Positions 1 through 10,079 are shown, counted from the first letter of the whole stretch. The stretch: DNA of 63,999 nucleotides, filler included, from Barthelona sp. PAP020 (GCA_040182905.1; 23 parts of 23 records of this genome joined end to end with filler, not necessarily neighbours in it); one strand, 5' to 3'. Notes: generated by a model from the letters alone, not told the origin. Made by a program: numbers and translations.

Positions 1-59
1 ATTCTGAAATACGAGAAATTTTGCTTGATTCAAATTCTGGCGCATTTCTTCACGCTTTT

Positions 60-300
60 CTTTTTCCCTCCTTGTGAAATGTCCGCTGCGCTTCACAATA
101 CTTTAGGTGTAGATGGGGCGATTATCCAAACAAAAGTTTAATAATCTTTTTCCTTCTTGCCAATAACTTTTGATTGTTCTTCTGTGGGTTTCCTTGACAA
201 ACCTTTTAATTCCTTGCTAGCCTACTATGTACACTTGTATCCTTCTTATCATGAATTGTTTGTATTGTTATTTTTCTGTGAAATCCGTCTGTTTTGCAAC
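60..300. repeat. Dispersed repeat family B, diverged copy (boundaries approximate)
   Basis: Blocks CTTGTGAAATGTCCGCTGCGCTTCACAA, AGATGGGGCG, TTGTATCCTTC and TGAAATCCGTC recur in the same order at ~31730-32145. Confidence 0.75.
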
Positions 301-693
301 AAATACTGTAATTTATATCAATACTGTTGATTAACACCATCAATTAAACAATTGAGAAAAGGTTTCCTTTTAACTTTGCTTGTATACTTATCTATTGTTT
401 CCACCTGGATAATTAAAAACAACAAGATGCAGAAAAAATAAAAAAATAAACACACAGCCACAAACTGCAATAAGAATAAATCTAACTTCATTACTTTTTT
501 TATCAAAATAACTTCCCATATTTCAACCATTCCTTTCATTGATACCAATTAAATCCCATCCTGCATTAAATACCATATCAAAATCCAATGGAATGGAAAT
601 TCCAGCACATACAAATTGTGGAATCAAAGAGGTATTTACTTTCATTGAAACAAGTGTAGCCAGAAAATAACATTCACCTTAAACCAACTCAAT

Positions 694-1700
694 CTATTCA
701 TGTTGAGATGAACCGTCAATTGTAAGGTCAACTGTTTCACCTTTCTTTAAAAACTGGGTTAAATCAAGAATGTCCAAAACCAAACAGTCTTCGATTTTTT
801 TAAACTCACCGGTGGGATTAATGGGATTGAAAAATCGATCAAAGAATAACAGCATATCGTCACCAGAAACGTTAATTTTCGGACGTTTCAACAAAACAAT
901 GTCAAGATGATTTTGTTGAGAACTGACAAAAAATGGAGAAGTACCATTGTTATTACATAAATTAATATCAGCACCATAATCTAAGAGGACTTTAACAACA
1001 TTCAGATGCCCATTTTCACAACTAATATGCAATGAAGATATTCTATTTTTAATACATGCGTTGATATCAGCACCATGATCCAAAAGCATTTTCGCTGCAT
1101 CATAATGACCGTTTTCAGAACTAATACAAAGGGGCAATGTGCCTATATTGTCTACAAACTCAATATCTGCATGATACTTCAAAAGAATTTTAGCAACATC
1201 AAGGTCACCATCTCTACAGCTAATATACAAGGGTGAATATTGGGTAAAGTAAGCATTAGCATCAGATCCATGCTCCACAAGTATTTTTGCAAAATCAAAA
1301 TCAAAACGACCAGTCACAACGCAAAAATAAAAAGGAGACATTCCATCAATTAAACACAAATTGATATCGGCTCTACGTTCAACCAACATTTGTGCAATGC
1401 TGAAATGATTATTATAAAGAGAAACAAATGACGTTGAAGACCCATTATTCACATAAATAAAAATCAGCCCCAAAATCCAGTAAAAATTCGACTACATCCG
1501 AACGTCCATCATATGCTGTGCCAAAAAGAGTAGTTCTTCCTTAATTTCCTTGTTTGTTTGCATCAACAAACCAGCTTTAAGGCATTTTTTAACAACTTCT
1601 AAATTTCATTACATGCAGCGTAATAAATTTTCTTGGGGCGACCATTTTCTTCAAATACATCTGCATCAAGATTGTTTGGGACAAAAACTTGATAAATTTC
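694..1700 (-). pseudogene. Ankyrin-repeat gene of the MDQVVVPN family, disrupted
   Basis: Upstream of ORF 694-1473 the minus strand encodes VPNNLDADVFEENGRPKKIYYAAC..LEVVKKCLKAG..VDANKQGN*GRTTLFG..VVEFLLDFGAD, homologous to 24120+ and 37400+, across about three frameshifts and a stop. It shares the post-ankyrin motif P.IN..G.DMLLFF.R with the 24120 gene. Confidence 0.8.
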
Positions 1701-1927
1701 GGTCCAAATCATCAGTATTTACGATCTTAAATTCAGTGTTCTTATTTGAGTCTTAATTTGTTAATTCGAAGGTAAACAAGTCTTGAACATAAAAAGAGAT
1801 CTTGATTAAAAAAAAATCTGAACAACCTGCTCCTTGTTATGGAACATGAATATGGTCACTCTTGTTAAAAAAAAACAATAAAATTTACACTAAATAAATA
1901 ACACAGATAAAACAAAATTGAAGAATG

Positions 1928-2659
1928 TTATTCTTTTTTTAACACATAGTCATGTAATTTTTGCAATGCAACGTCCAAAGCAGCATTCAAATCAGATATT
2001 TGCCGGTCTTTATATTTCAACATACGATGCAAATTAGCAATATCCTGTTCATCCCTCAATAATCGTAATAATAGAGAGTCCTGATCTTTCAAAGCAATGT
2101 TAAGGTCTTCCTTCATATTGCTCAATTCAACATTCAAATCATCCCTTTCTTTCTGTATCAAACAATATTCTTCTTTGAAATTCTCCAGATCATTCTTGAT
2201 TTTCTTCAGTTCAAAATTTTTCATTGTTTGATCGTTATTTACCATTTCCGATGTTTGTTTATTATTCAATTCAACTCTTAATCGCTTAATTTGAACCTGA
2301 AAATCAATTTCCATCCTTTCTCGTTGGATTTGTAAATTTTTCATTTCTTCTTTCAATGATATGTTTTCTAATTTTGTTTTTTCAACAATAGTCATTTGTT
2401 CTGATAAAATATTTTGCAACTTTATCAGTTCAGTCTCATGATTTATACAATTTTCACAAAAATGATCTTTTGAATCATTATTTGCATTTTTCAACACTAA
2501 ATCTTTGTTTTGTTCTGTTAATTTAATAATTTGAGCCTTCAAAAGATGAATAATATCCTTTAAAGTATTTTCTCCATTAATTTGTTGTTTTAGATGATTA
2601 ATTTCATTTCTTAATGTGTCTTCTGTTGAAAGAGCGATAATATTGACTATGTTAGACAT
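1928..2659 (-). CDS. Coiled-coil protein, function unknown
   Basis: 243-aa ATG-initiated ORF, heptad-like and E/K/L/N-rich. Confidence 0.7.
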   Translation of the reverse strand: MSNIVNIIALSTEDTLRNEINHLKQQINGENTLKDIIHLLKAQIIKLTEQNKDLVLKNANNDSKDHFCENCINHETELIKLQNILSEQMTIVEKTKLENISLKEEMKNLQIQRERMEIDFQVQIKRLRVELNNKQTSEMVNNDQTMKNFELKKIKNDLENFKEEYCLIQKERDDLNVELSNMKEDLNIALKDQDSLLLRLLRDEQDIANLHRMLKYKDRQISDLNAALDVALQKLHDYVLKKE

Positions 2660-2695
2660 TTCATTTGTTTAAAATAACTAAAAAAAATTTCTTAC

Positions 2696-2818
2696 TCAGT
2701 TTACTTTGCCTATCACATTAGCGAAAAATCCATCTGAAAATAGTGTGTCAAAACAGTTTGGATTCATCCAATCGCTGTGATAATCATCATTTATGTCATT
2801 TGACATGATAGTTTCCTC
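2696..2818 (-). CDS. 3' end of a hypothetical protein (partial)
   Basis: Open frame from the contig edge, EETIMSND...NVIGKVN*, ending 36 nt before the next ATG. Confidence 0.35.
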   Translation of the reverse strand, partial: EETIMSNDINDDYHSDWMNPNCFDTLFSDGFFANVIGKVN

Positions 2819-2918
2819 NNNNNNNNNNNNNNNNNNNNNNNNNNNNNNNNNNNNNNNNNNNNTTAATTAATTAANNNNNNNNNNNNNNNNNNNNNNNNNN
2901 NNNNNNNNNNNNNNNNNN
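2819..2918. other. Artificial contig spacer (first of 22): N44-TTAATTAATTAA-N44, stop in all six frames
   Basis: The same 100-nt spacer recurs every ~2.7-2.9 kb. Contigs: 1-2818, 2919-5724, 5825-8610, 8711-11492, 11593-14364, 14465-17225, 17326-20081, 20182-22933, 23034-25779, 25880-28608, 28709-31429, 31530-34228, 34329-37026, 37127-39824, 39925-42620, 42721-45356, 45457-48076, 48177-50794, 50895-53494, 53595-56187, 56288-58877, 58978-61551, 61652-end. Confidence 0.99.
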
Positions 2919-2948
2919 TTATTACCCTGAATCATTTGATTCTTTGTT

Positions 2949-3028
2949 GTTATTTCACTTTCAATTTTGATATCCATTAATATCAGAAATTGCAAGAAGA
3001 AACCTTAAACACATTTATAATGTCTTTT
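2949..3028. repeat. Dispersed repeat family B segment
   Basis: Near-identical to 23034-23111 (TATTTCAC.TCAATTTTGATATCCATTAATATCAGAAATTGCAAGAAGAAACCTTAAACACATTTAT); diverged copy at ~32057-32125. Confidence 0.85.
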
Positions 3029-3383
3029 GTATACCTTCCACTTCGTTGGAGAAGTTGTCCAAAACACAAGAATTATAATGTTACAAATTTTGCACAAAAA
3101 TTTAACTTTCTGATTTTCCACACTTTGTTGAATGCTTTAAAAATGAAGAATTTGAAAATCTTTTCTTTTGAAGCAAATGTTTTTTGAATAATGCAGTTGA
3201 TGATATAAATAACTCTTAAACTTATGATATGTATAACAGAAGTTACGATGTTCCTTATTGATTGAAATTGTTTTTAATTACAATAAACCTTTTTACTCAT
3301 TAAGAAGTAGTCTTTTGGTGATATTGAGAGCGTTTCAGTTCAAAAAAGTGGGTTGAAAGTTTTGTGATTTTTTTCTTTTTGAG

Positions 3384-3968
3384 ATGAACGATTTAGCGGA
3401 TATGATCGGTGGAGTTGATTTCACAACTGCCATTTCTAAACCGCTGATGGAAATTACAAAAGGTCAAGCAGTTGCAAGTCGTTTGACACTTGACCTTATT
3501 AAACAGTTGGGGTTAACTGAAGGAAATGAAGTTATCACCACTGCATTTGGCGTTAAAGTGTCGAATGGTGACACTGTATTGGAAGCAACAATGGAAATTC
3601 CAAATTTAGCTTTGATTCATTTACCATGTTTAGTCATTGACGAAGTAGATATTGATTTCACATTTGAAGTCAGATCAACAACAGAATCAGATAATTCATT
3701 GACATCATCGAATTGGTCGGGATCATCGAAAGGTGCACCTTCTTCTTCTTTTAGAACTACAAGAAAAACAGATAATTCATCGAAGTACCATGTAAATATA
3801 AATGCTCGCGATATGGGTCCTTCAGAGGGTCTAAGTAGGATGCTTGATGGATTGACAAAATTAATTCCCGAAAATTTACCAACATTGACAGAAGATGATG
3901 TAAACGATGAAGAAGGTGAAGTTGAGGATGAGGAAATTGACATGGATGTTGGTGATGTGGATGTATGA
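3384..3968 (+). CDS. DUF2589-family protein with acidic C-terminal tail
   Basis: Motifs DF..AI..PL....KGQ, IP.LAL..LP.L.IDEVDIDF.FEV and R.TDNSSKYHV.I.A...GPSEGLSRMLD match the DUF2589 pattern as I recall it. Confidence 0.8.
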   Translation: MNDLADMIGGVDFTTAISKPLMEITKGQAVASRLTLDLIKQLGLTEGNEVITTAFGVKVSNGDTVLEATMEIPNLALIHLPCLVIDEVDIDFTFEVRSTTESDNSLTSSNWSGSSKGAPSSSFRTTRKTDNSSKYHVNINARDMGPSEGLSRMLDGLTKLIPENLPTLTEDDVNDEEGEVEDEEIDMDVGDVDV

Positions 3969-4021
3969 TAAAGTTAATTTATTATTTTTTTTTAAAAATC
4001 TCTTTCCTTTTTTACGAAAAT

Positions 4022-4519
4022 ATGAATCAAAAGAATATTCTGGAGCAAGAAGCATTAACAAAACAATTTCTTTCACAAATTAAGGAAGTTTTTTCAATTT
4101 TTGACAGAAATAATGATAAGACTTGTGATGAAAGAGAAATTGGAACAATGATGCGTTCTTTAAATCTTGACCCAACTGAAGCAGAAGTTTTAGAGATTGT
4201 AGAGAAGTGTAGAATAGATGAACCCAGTGTTTTGGTAATTTATGACACATTAGAACCCGTTTTATTGCAATGTATGTTAGATAATTATTTTAATAATAAA
4301 TATGCAAGAATTACGTATGAAAAACTGCTTTCTTCATTCAGAGTATTTGATACTGAGAATAATGGATACATTTCGCTTGAACAGCTTGAAAGTTTGCTTA
4401 CCAATAATGGAGAAACTTTTAGAGACAAAGAATTACAGTCAATGATTGATTTCGCTGGTGATAGAGAGGAAGGGATATTTAACTATGTTGAATATGTTGA
4501 TCAATTGTGGAAAATTTGA
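4022..4519 (+). CDS. EFCAB2: EF-hand dynein regulatory complex subunit 8 (EFCAB2/DRC8-like)
   Basis: IKEVFSIFD...KTCDEREIGTMMRSL.L.PTEAEV...LL..FRVFD.ENNGYI...GE.F..KEL..MI.FA.D...G...Y..Y. ATG 4022 is preferred over 3965, which overlaps the upstream stop. Confidence 0.75.
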   Translation: MNQKNILEQEALTKQFLSQIKEVFSIFDRNNDKTCDEREIGTMMRSLNLDPTEAEVLEIVEKCRIDEPSVLVIYDTLEPVLLQCMLDNYFNNKYARITYEKLLSSFRVFDTENNGYISLEQLESLLTNNGETFRDKELQSMIDFAGDREEGIFNYVEYVDQLWKI

Positions 4520-4647
4520 ACTTTATAAGCAGTATATTATTTTAATATTTTTATTTTTTTGTATTGTATGGTGTTTTGGATAAAAATATAAAAACGAGTT
4601 TGAGTTTTTTTTTTCTTGGGTTTTTTGTATCTTTGTGTGTTATATTT

Positions 4648-5142
4648 ATGGTATGCCCTTTCAAAAAAAATTATATTATTAACAAATAGATTAAATTTAT
4701 ATTTATTGTTAACAAAAACGGAAAATTAAGATTGCAGCGTTTTTATGATGAAACACCGGTTGAAGAAAGAAATAAAACAACGAAATTATTAACAAATTCT
4801 ATATTAAGGAAAGAAAAAGACAACACCGAAAATTATGGTTTTTTTGAATGGCGTGATTGGACTATAACTTTTCGTAGATATTTAAATTTGTTTTTTGTTT
4901 GTTGTTCAGACACTTCAGACAATGAAATTGTGATAAAGGATCTGATTCATAGATATGTTATGTTATTGGATAAAGTATTTCAAAGAGTATCTGAAAGAGA
5001 TATCATATATAACCCTATTCAAACAACTGTCGCTTTGGATACTATGATACAAGGTGGTTTTATTTTAGAAACTTCTGTTGAGGTTTGTTTTAACTTTTTA
5101 CAATCATTACCTATGTTTGGTGATGAGATTGTTCAAACGTAA
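4648..5142 (+). CDS. Adaptor protein complex sigma (small) subunit; exons 4648-4650 + 4690-5142
   Basis: Spliced N-terminus M|IKFIFIVNKNGKLRLQRFY, plus FRRYLNLFF and LIHRYVMLLDKVFQRVSERDIIYN, typical of sigma adaptins. Confidence 0.9.
4651..4689 (+). other. 39-nt spliceosomal intron immediately after the ATG
   Basis: GTATGC...ATTAAC-AAA-TAG; removal restores the canonical sigma-adaptin N-terminus. Confidence 0.85.
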
Positions 5143-5339
5143 AATTTCAAATGACATGTAAATGAGAAAAGTTTATTTTTTTACAATTGCTTTTGGTTTT
5201 TTTTTTGTTGCAAACATTATTTCACTTTTTTCATCTTTGGTAGGTTATTTCAACGAGTGAGAAGGATTTCACAATCCTTCGACATTTAAACTTCCAAAAA
5301 TCAAAAAATAAATAAATGCACACAATTATTTTATCTTTT

Positions 5340-5723
5340 CTACATGTAAAGACTGTCAGGAACGTCATCATCTTTTTTTGTTAACACTTTATCTCTTGCT
5401 TTTTCGAAATCTTCCATTGTAACTTTCATTCGCCTTTGTCTCAAGGCCAATAAACCAGCTTCTGAACAAATAGCTTTAATATCTGCTCCAGAAATTTCAT
5501 CCTTAGCGCTGATAAGTCCATCCAAATCAACATCTTCTGACAAAGTCATTCTCTTAGTATGTATTTGGAAAATTTGTCTTTTAGTATCGATGCTTGGCAA
5601 AGGGAATTCGATTTTTCTATCAATACGACCTGGACGTATCAAAGCAGGATCCAACGAATCGATACGATTTGTTGCAACAATAACCTTAACATCACCACGA
5701 TTATCGAATCCATCCAATTGATT
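5340..5723 (-). CDS. PSMC1: 26S proteasome AAA-ATPase Rpt2 (C-terminal part)
   Basis: [60 protein letters not shown]; ends LYM-TAG. Confidence 0.95.
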   Translation of the reverse strand, partial: NQLDGFDNRGDVKVIVATNRIDSLDPALIRPGRIDRKIEFPLPSIDTKRQIFQIHTKRMTLSEDVDLDGLISAKDEISGADIKAICSEAGLLALRQRRMKVTMEDFEKARDKVLTKKDDDVPDSLYM

Positions 5724-6068
5724 CNNNNNNNNNNNNNNNNNNNNNNNNNNNNNNNNNNNNNNNNNNNNTTAATTAATTAANNNNNNNNNNNNNNNNNNNN
5801 NNNNNNNNNNNNNNNNNNNNNNNNAAATATAAAAAAATCTAAATTTTAATTTTATAAACTACTTTTTACTTTTTACTTTGGAATAAATATTTGTCACATG
5901 TTAGAGTTAATCAATTGATTCAGCTTTTAACAACTTTTGAAAAGAAACATTGAGATGACATTTCTTTTGGAAAGGATTTAACAATAAATGATATAGAAAG
6001 CAAAACAAATGATATGTATTATTTACAACAATAAACAACTATAAAATAACTAAATCTAACTTTTCAAA

Positions 6069-8327
6069 TCAAATCAAAACCACTGAATTTTCAGTGACCT
6101 CCCAAATACCAACTTCATCATAATGTCTCAATGCATCATCAAACTTCTCTGCATTAATTCCTCGAACAATACATGCTTCTCTCAATTCGTTTAAATCAAC
6201 AGATGTATCAGTAGAATATAAATCACCTTCAGATTGATTGACCATAGATTTAACAATGTTGTATACTTCTAATTTTGGGTCTTTCTTTTGTCTTGAAACG
6301 GAGGGAGCTAAAGATGCTTGAGCAGAACTGATCAATCTTAATGCCTCATTAATATGTTCTTGTGATACTTCTCTAGCCAAATCGATTCTTGCTAACGCTT
6401 GTGAAAGCCTCAAAACTGTCAATAAACTTCTCGGTGAAGTGTGACCAACCATACCTTTATTAGGATTACGATGGTTTAATCTTTCAGCCTGACGTATTGA
6501 AACATACTCATCTGCCACACTATTTGTTAACTCAACTGGAACTGAAGGTGAATATTCTCTTGCATGAGAAATAAAAGCTCGTAGAACTTTGGCGCTAATT
6601 TCTTTTTCTCCTGTCAATTCAAGTTCAGCATCAGAATCAGAATCAGAATCAGAATCCAAATTTGTTGCTCTATCATTCGACGTAATCATTGAATGATGTG
6701 TCATATGTGCCCGCGTAACATGTCTAGCCAAAGCACGATCCATTTCGGGATCAGCATCATCAACAATAACAATGATGAAATCAAATCTGGACAAAAGAGC
6801 AGCATCTAATTCTACATTTTGTGTTGGTGTTTTTGAACGATCGTACCGTGAATATTTTGGATTAGCTGCTGCTAAAATGCTTGTTCTCGCATTCAAAGTT
6901 GCAGTAATTCCACCTTTTGCAATTGATATTGTTTGTTGTTCCATCACTTCGTAAATACTTGTTCTATCAGCATCTGCCATTTTATCAAATTCATCAATAC
7001 AACAAACCCCACAATCTGCCAAAACCAGAGCACCTCCCTCAAGAGTTGTTTCTCTCGTAGCAGGATCAATTACAACTGCAGCAGTCAAACCAACACCAGA
7101 TGATCCTTGTCCTGTTGTGTAAATTGATCTGGGAGCAATGGCAGAAACATGTTTCAAAAACTGTGATTTTGCCACTCCTGGATCCCCCATTATTAAAACA
7201 TTGATATCTCCTCGAATTTTAACACCATCCTTCATGGTTTTAGTCACTCCAGAAATTAATAATAACAATAAAGCACGCTTAATATCTTCATGACCCCAGA
7301 TTTGTGGAGCAATACCTTTTGTTAATGTTGTGTAGCGGTTTGAATCGGCAATTAGCTCATTCAATTGCTGTTGTTCTTCGGAGTTAAGAACAGTTTCTTC
7401 ATATCTGTTTTTGTGTAAGGTAATGTTTTGTGCCTGCAAATACATCTCTGCACATAATCCCAATGTTAAAGCTTGATAACCAGATACGGGTTTTGGCAAA
7501 AATATTCCTTCAATGGTTACATCATCACCCGCTTGACATTTTTCTGTCACATGGTCTCCTTGTGCATACACGTTCAATGTTCTAGGCATATGGGACGGAG
7601 GGACTTGTTGAGAAAGTTCTTGAAGCAAAATGACTTGATGTTTTACAAATTTGCACCCATTTGGTATCAAGGTCAACCAATCTTTTCCACAATTCGAGCA
7701 CTTATCGTCTGGCAAAAATTTCTCTTCAGTGATAGGTCGAAAGAATTCTTGTTTACAATTCATACAACGATAAGCAGCAACATTGATGAAAGGCGCCGGA
7801 TCATTCATTCTTAAAACAATACCTCTAATCTTGACAAGGTTTCCAACATTCTTTGCATTCACTTCTCTGATGCTCTGTTCAACCACTCCGCTAGCTGGAC
7901 GAATTTTAACCTCATACCTACGTCTCAATTGTTTAGGAAAGTTTTTAAAAGCTAATTCACTGTTTTCGGTCGAATTCATCACACTTTCAAACAAGTAATC
8001 CAAAGTGTCTTTTAAATCATCAGTAATAACAGTTGTAACATTCATATCTTTTGATATATCCTCAACTACATCTTCAATAAATGCTATATATTTCAAAGTG
8101 TTTGTGCTGATATCAAAAACAAATGGAGGAATATCACTAGACCTTTGAAAATATGTAATGATATCATCTACCTCCACCAAAATGACTTTTGTTTCTCGAT
8201 TAACCATTCTTTGAATCAAATTTAAATATTTGAAATTCTCGTTGTCATCTATAAACCCTCGAAAAAAATCAGTCAACTGCTGTTTCTCTACATCAATAAT
8301 GTGAAGACTTTGTGATTGTTGACTCAT
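6069..8327 (-). CDS. MCM7: DNA replication licensing factor MCM7
   Basis: Zn finger, IRGDINVLIMGDPGVAKSQFLK, IDEFDKM, AALLSRFD and the MCM7-type tail TSPRSLL..LRLSQALARI...GIW.V; TGA stop at the expected C-terminus. Confidence 0.95.
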   Translation of the reverse strand: MSQQSQSLHIIDVEKQQLTDFFRGFIDDNENFKYLNLIQRMVNRETKVILVEVDDIITYFQRSSDIPPFVFDISTNTLKYIAFIEDVVEDISKDMNVTTVITDDLKDTLDYLFESVMNSTENSELAFKNFPKQLRRRYEVKIRPASGVVEQSIREVNAKNVGNLVKIRGIVLRMNDPAPFINVAAYRCMNCKQEFFRPITEEKFLPDDKCSNCGKDWLTLIPNGCKFVKHQVILLQELSQQVPPSHMPRTLNVYAQGDHVTEKCQAGDDVTIEGIFLPKPVSGYQALTLGLCAEMYLQAQNITLHKNRYEETVLNSEEQQQLNELIADSNRYTTLTKGIAPQIWGHEDIKRALLLLLISGVTKTMKDGVKIRGDINVLIMGDPGVAKSQFLKHVSAIAPRSIYTTGQGSSGVGLTAAVVIDPATRETTLEGGALVLADCGVCCIDEFDKMADADRTSIYEVMEQQTISIAKGGITATLNARTSILAAANPKYSRYDRSKTPTQNVELDAALLSRFDFIIVIVDDADPEMDRALARHVTRAHMTHHSMITSNDRATNLDSDSDSDSDAELELTGEKEISAKVLRAFISHAREYSPSVPVELTNSVADEYVSIRQAERLNHRNPNKGMVGHTSPRSLLTVLRLSQALARIDLAREVSQEHINEALRLISSAQASLAPSVSRQKKDPKLEVYNIVKSMVNQSEGDLYSTDTSVDLNELREACIVRGINAEKFDDALRHYDEVGIWEVTENSVVLI

Positions 8328-8510
8328 TTAAACAGTATCAAAAAAAAAAATTCTTCTTTCAAAAATTCAAATCCCAACCACTTGTTTTGGTCACAAATTA
8401 TTCCACAGAATTTACAAAATAAGACAGTAAACAGCAATTTAACACAGGTTAATAAAAAAAAAAGGGTGTAAAAAAGGATTTATGAAAAATTTTTTTTTGA
8501 AACACAAAAA

Positions 8511-8609
8511 TTACAAAGTTCCCACGATATCGTCTATCTTCATGAGCATTCTAACACATTCGGTGGCCAATGTCAGGCTTGATGTGTTCACCAACAAGGG
8601 TTGAACAAC
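8511..8609 (-). CDS. CCT4: Chaperonin CCT delta subunit, C-terminal fragment
   Basis: [39 protein letters not shown] is characteristic of CCT4. Confidence 0.85.
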   Translation of the reverse strand, partial: VVQPLLVNTSSLTLATECVRMLMKIDDIVGTL

Positions 8610-8710
8610 ANNNNNNNNNNNNNNNNNNNNNNNNNNNNNNNNNNNNNNNNNNNNTTAATTAATTAANNNNNNNNNNNNNNNNNNNNNNNNNNNNNNNNNN
8701 NNNNNNNNNN

Positions 8711-8809
8711 GAAGTCATTGCTGCTGGTATTTCTCAAACTCGAAATGCTCAAAAAGAACTTATTGAGAATGCTCAAGTTCAAGCTATTAAGCAACAACTT
8801 GGTCGTTAA
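8711..8809 (+). CDS. 3' end of an unidentified gene (partial)
   Basis: EVIAAGISQTRNAQKELIENAQVQAIKQQLGR*, with codon choices (GCT, GGT, CGT) like RPS18 and Hsp70 here. Confidence 0.5.
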   Translation, partial: EVIAAGISQTRNAQKELIENAQVQAIKQQLGR

Positions 8810-9347
8810 TGTGCGCGATTTTCTTTCCTTTCAATTTATGTAAATTGATTCGTTTTTTTTTCTTTTCACAAATTTTTTTTAAAACTGCAAATATTGAAGA
8901 TCAGGCTTGATTTTTGGAAACCAATCTTAATCTCATGTGATTTGAGAATGTTATATTTCCCCAGGTGTAAATGAAATCATCTGCTCACCTTATTGATTAT
9001 CAATTTCAATAATTTTTTCATAATTGATTGAAAACCATCTGATGTTCATATTTATTGCAACGATCGACTATGATTACCTGTTCTAATATTTTAAAGAACA
9101 GATTTAAATGGGTAAAAGTCTTAAAGAAAAAAAAAAAGTAAAGATTTTACAAACATTTTCATAAATAAGACATGTATAAACCCACATATAGGACAGTATT
9201 TAAGATACAAGCATTACTCAGAGAGTTCAGCAAAAGTCAAAGAAATTCCAGATAAGACTTCAAACATAGAGATAACATCGACAAGAACAATTCTTTACTT
9301 CAAGAATACTGAATTTAATCCTTTAGGTCGCATTCGATAATATATCT

Positions 9348-9878
9348 ATGGACAATGCAGAAAAGGATATAAAAGAAATTCAAAAAATAAGACCAGAACA
9401 AAGTCTTGAAGCAATAGAGGATGCTTTAGCCTTTATGGAAAGACCACGAACATCCCAACGAGTACCACACGAAATAATGAACCGAATGATAGAAATACTC
9501 AAAGAAAGAGGAGCTTTCGATTCTGAAACTAACTACAACGGTGGTCAGTCGATACTACACTTAATTTATGTTTTTACATTACTTTTAGAAAAAGGAGACG
9601 CCACGGATCAGCAAATTAGAGACATCATGTTTGCGTTCCAAGAATCACTTAGCCTGGGGGTACATAACGAATCAATGCAAAGAATACGAGATCGCCTGTC
9701 AATGCATAGAATTATTGCTCCAGAAATAAAAGTGACCAAGAAATCAAAGAAAAATGAAATGAGGGTTGTTCACAAGCCTATTATTTTTGACGAATCGAAA
9801 TTTTCCGATTCTTCTTTTTCCCTCGAGGTACAGAACTTTTCCTTAACCTACCCCCAAATTTTTGACCTGCCACGGTGA
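9348..9878 (+). CDS. Orphan 176-aa protein inside repeat C
   Basis: Intact ATG-TGA ORF with a helical, charged composition, less T-rich than host genes; no family recognised. Confidence 0.6.
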   Translation: MDNAEKDIKEIQKIRPEQSLEAIEDALAFMERPRTSQRVPHEIMNRMIEILKERGAFDSETNYNGGQSILHLIYVFTLLLEKGDATDQQIRDIMFAFQESLSLGVHNESMQRIRDRLSMHRIIAPEIKVTKKSKKNEMRVVHKPIIFDESKFSDSSFSLEVQNFSLTYPQIFDLPR

Positions 9879-10079
9879 ATGCATGAAAACTTGCACAATT
9901 AGGATAAATTTTAAAGAGATTGGGGCGTTAGACCCTTTTGAGCAATTAGTAACACAGTAATTCACACCCTTCACAGGGCGTAGCTCTCCTACGAAAGCCT
10001 ATGAAAGAGTAGGTCTCAAAAAAGAGAGGTTCCTTTCAGGAACGCTGAACCCCCCTGAAAGAATAAAGATTAAGGTCTG
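9831..10079 (-). ncRNA. Putative structured RNA of unknown class (~250 nt)
   Basis: Minus strand: closing stem CCUUAAUCU/AGGUUAAGG; GGGGG/CUCUC enclosing GUUCC-UGAAA-GGAAC; UUUUGAG/CUCAAAA enclosing CCUA/UAGG, CGUAG-GAGAG-CUACG, CCCU-GUGA-AGGG (GNRA loop) and AAUUA/UAAUU; CCCCAA/UUGGGG. The G.U wobbles work only on this strand. Confidence 0.4.

Noticed and set aside
2819..2918. Regularly spaced TTAATTAATTAA palindromes, and ORFs ending in X...LIN
   Set aside because: Artificial contig linkers. They are not a biological repeat or CRISPR array, and gene order across them carries no information.
3617..3943. Antisense ORFs over real genes (e.g. 3617, 7473, 13595, 17357, 28802, 35947, 53698, 62948)
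   Set aside because: They lie wholly opposite better-supported genes and have the Ser/Phe-rich composition typical of antisense shadows.
9858..9872. GCAGGTCAAAA on the minus strand, matching part of mammalian SRP RNA helix 8
   Set aside because: The partner CCAGG-GNRA half of helix 8 and an Alu domain are missing, so the short match is probably chance.
9876..10050. SECIS element making the TGA at 9876-9878 a Sec codon
   Set aside because: The ATGAA-led hairpin lacks the 3' GA of the non-Watson-Crick quartet, and read-through would add only a few residues with no redox motif.
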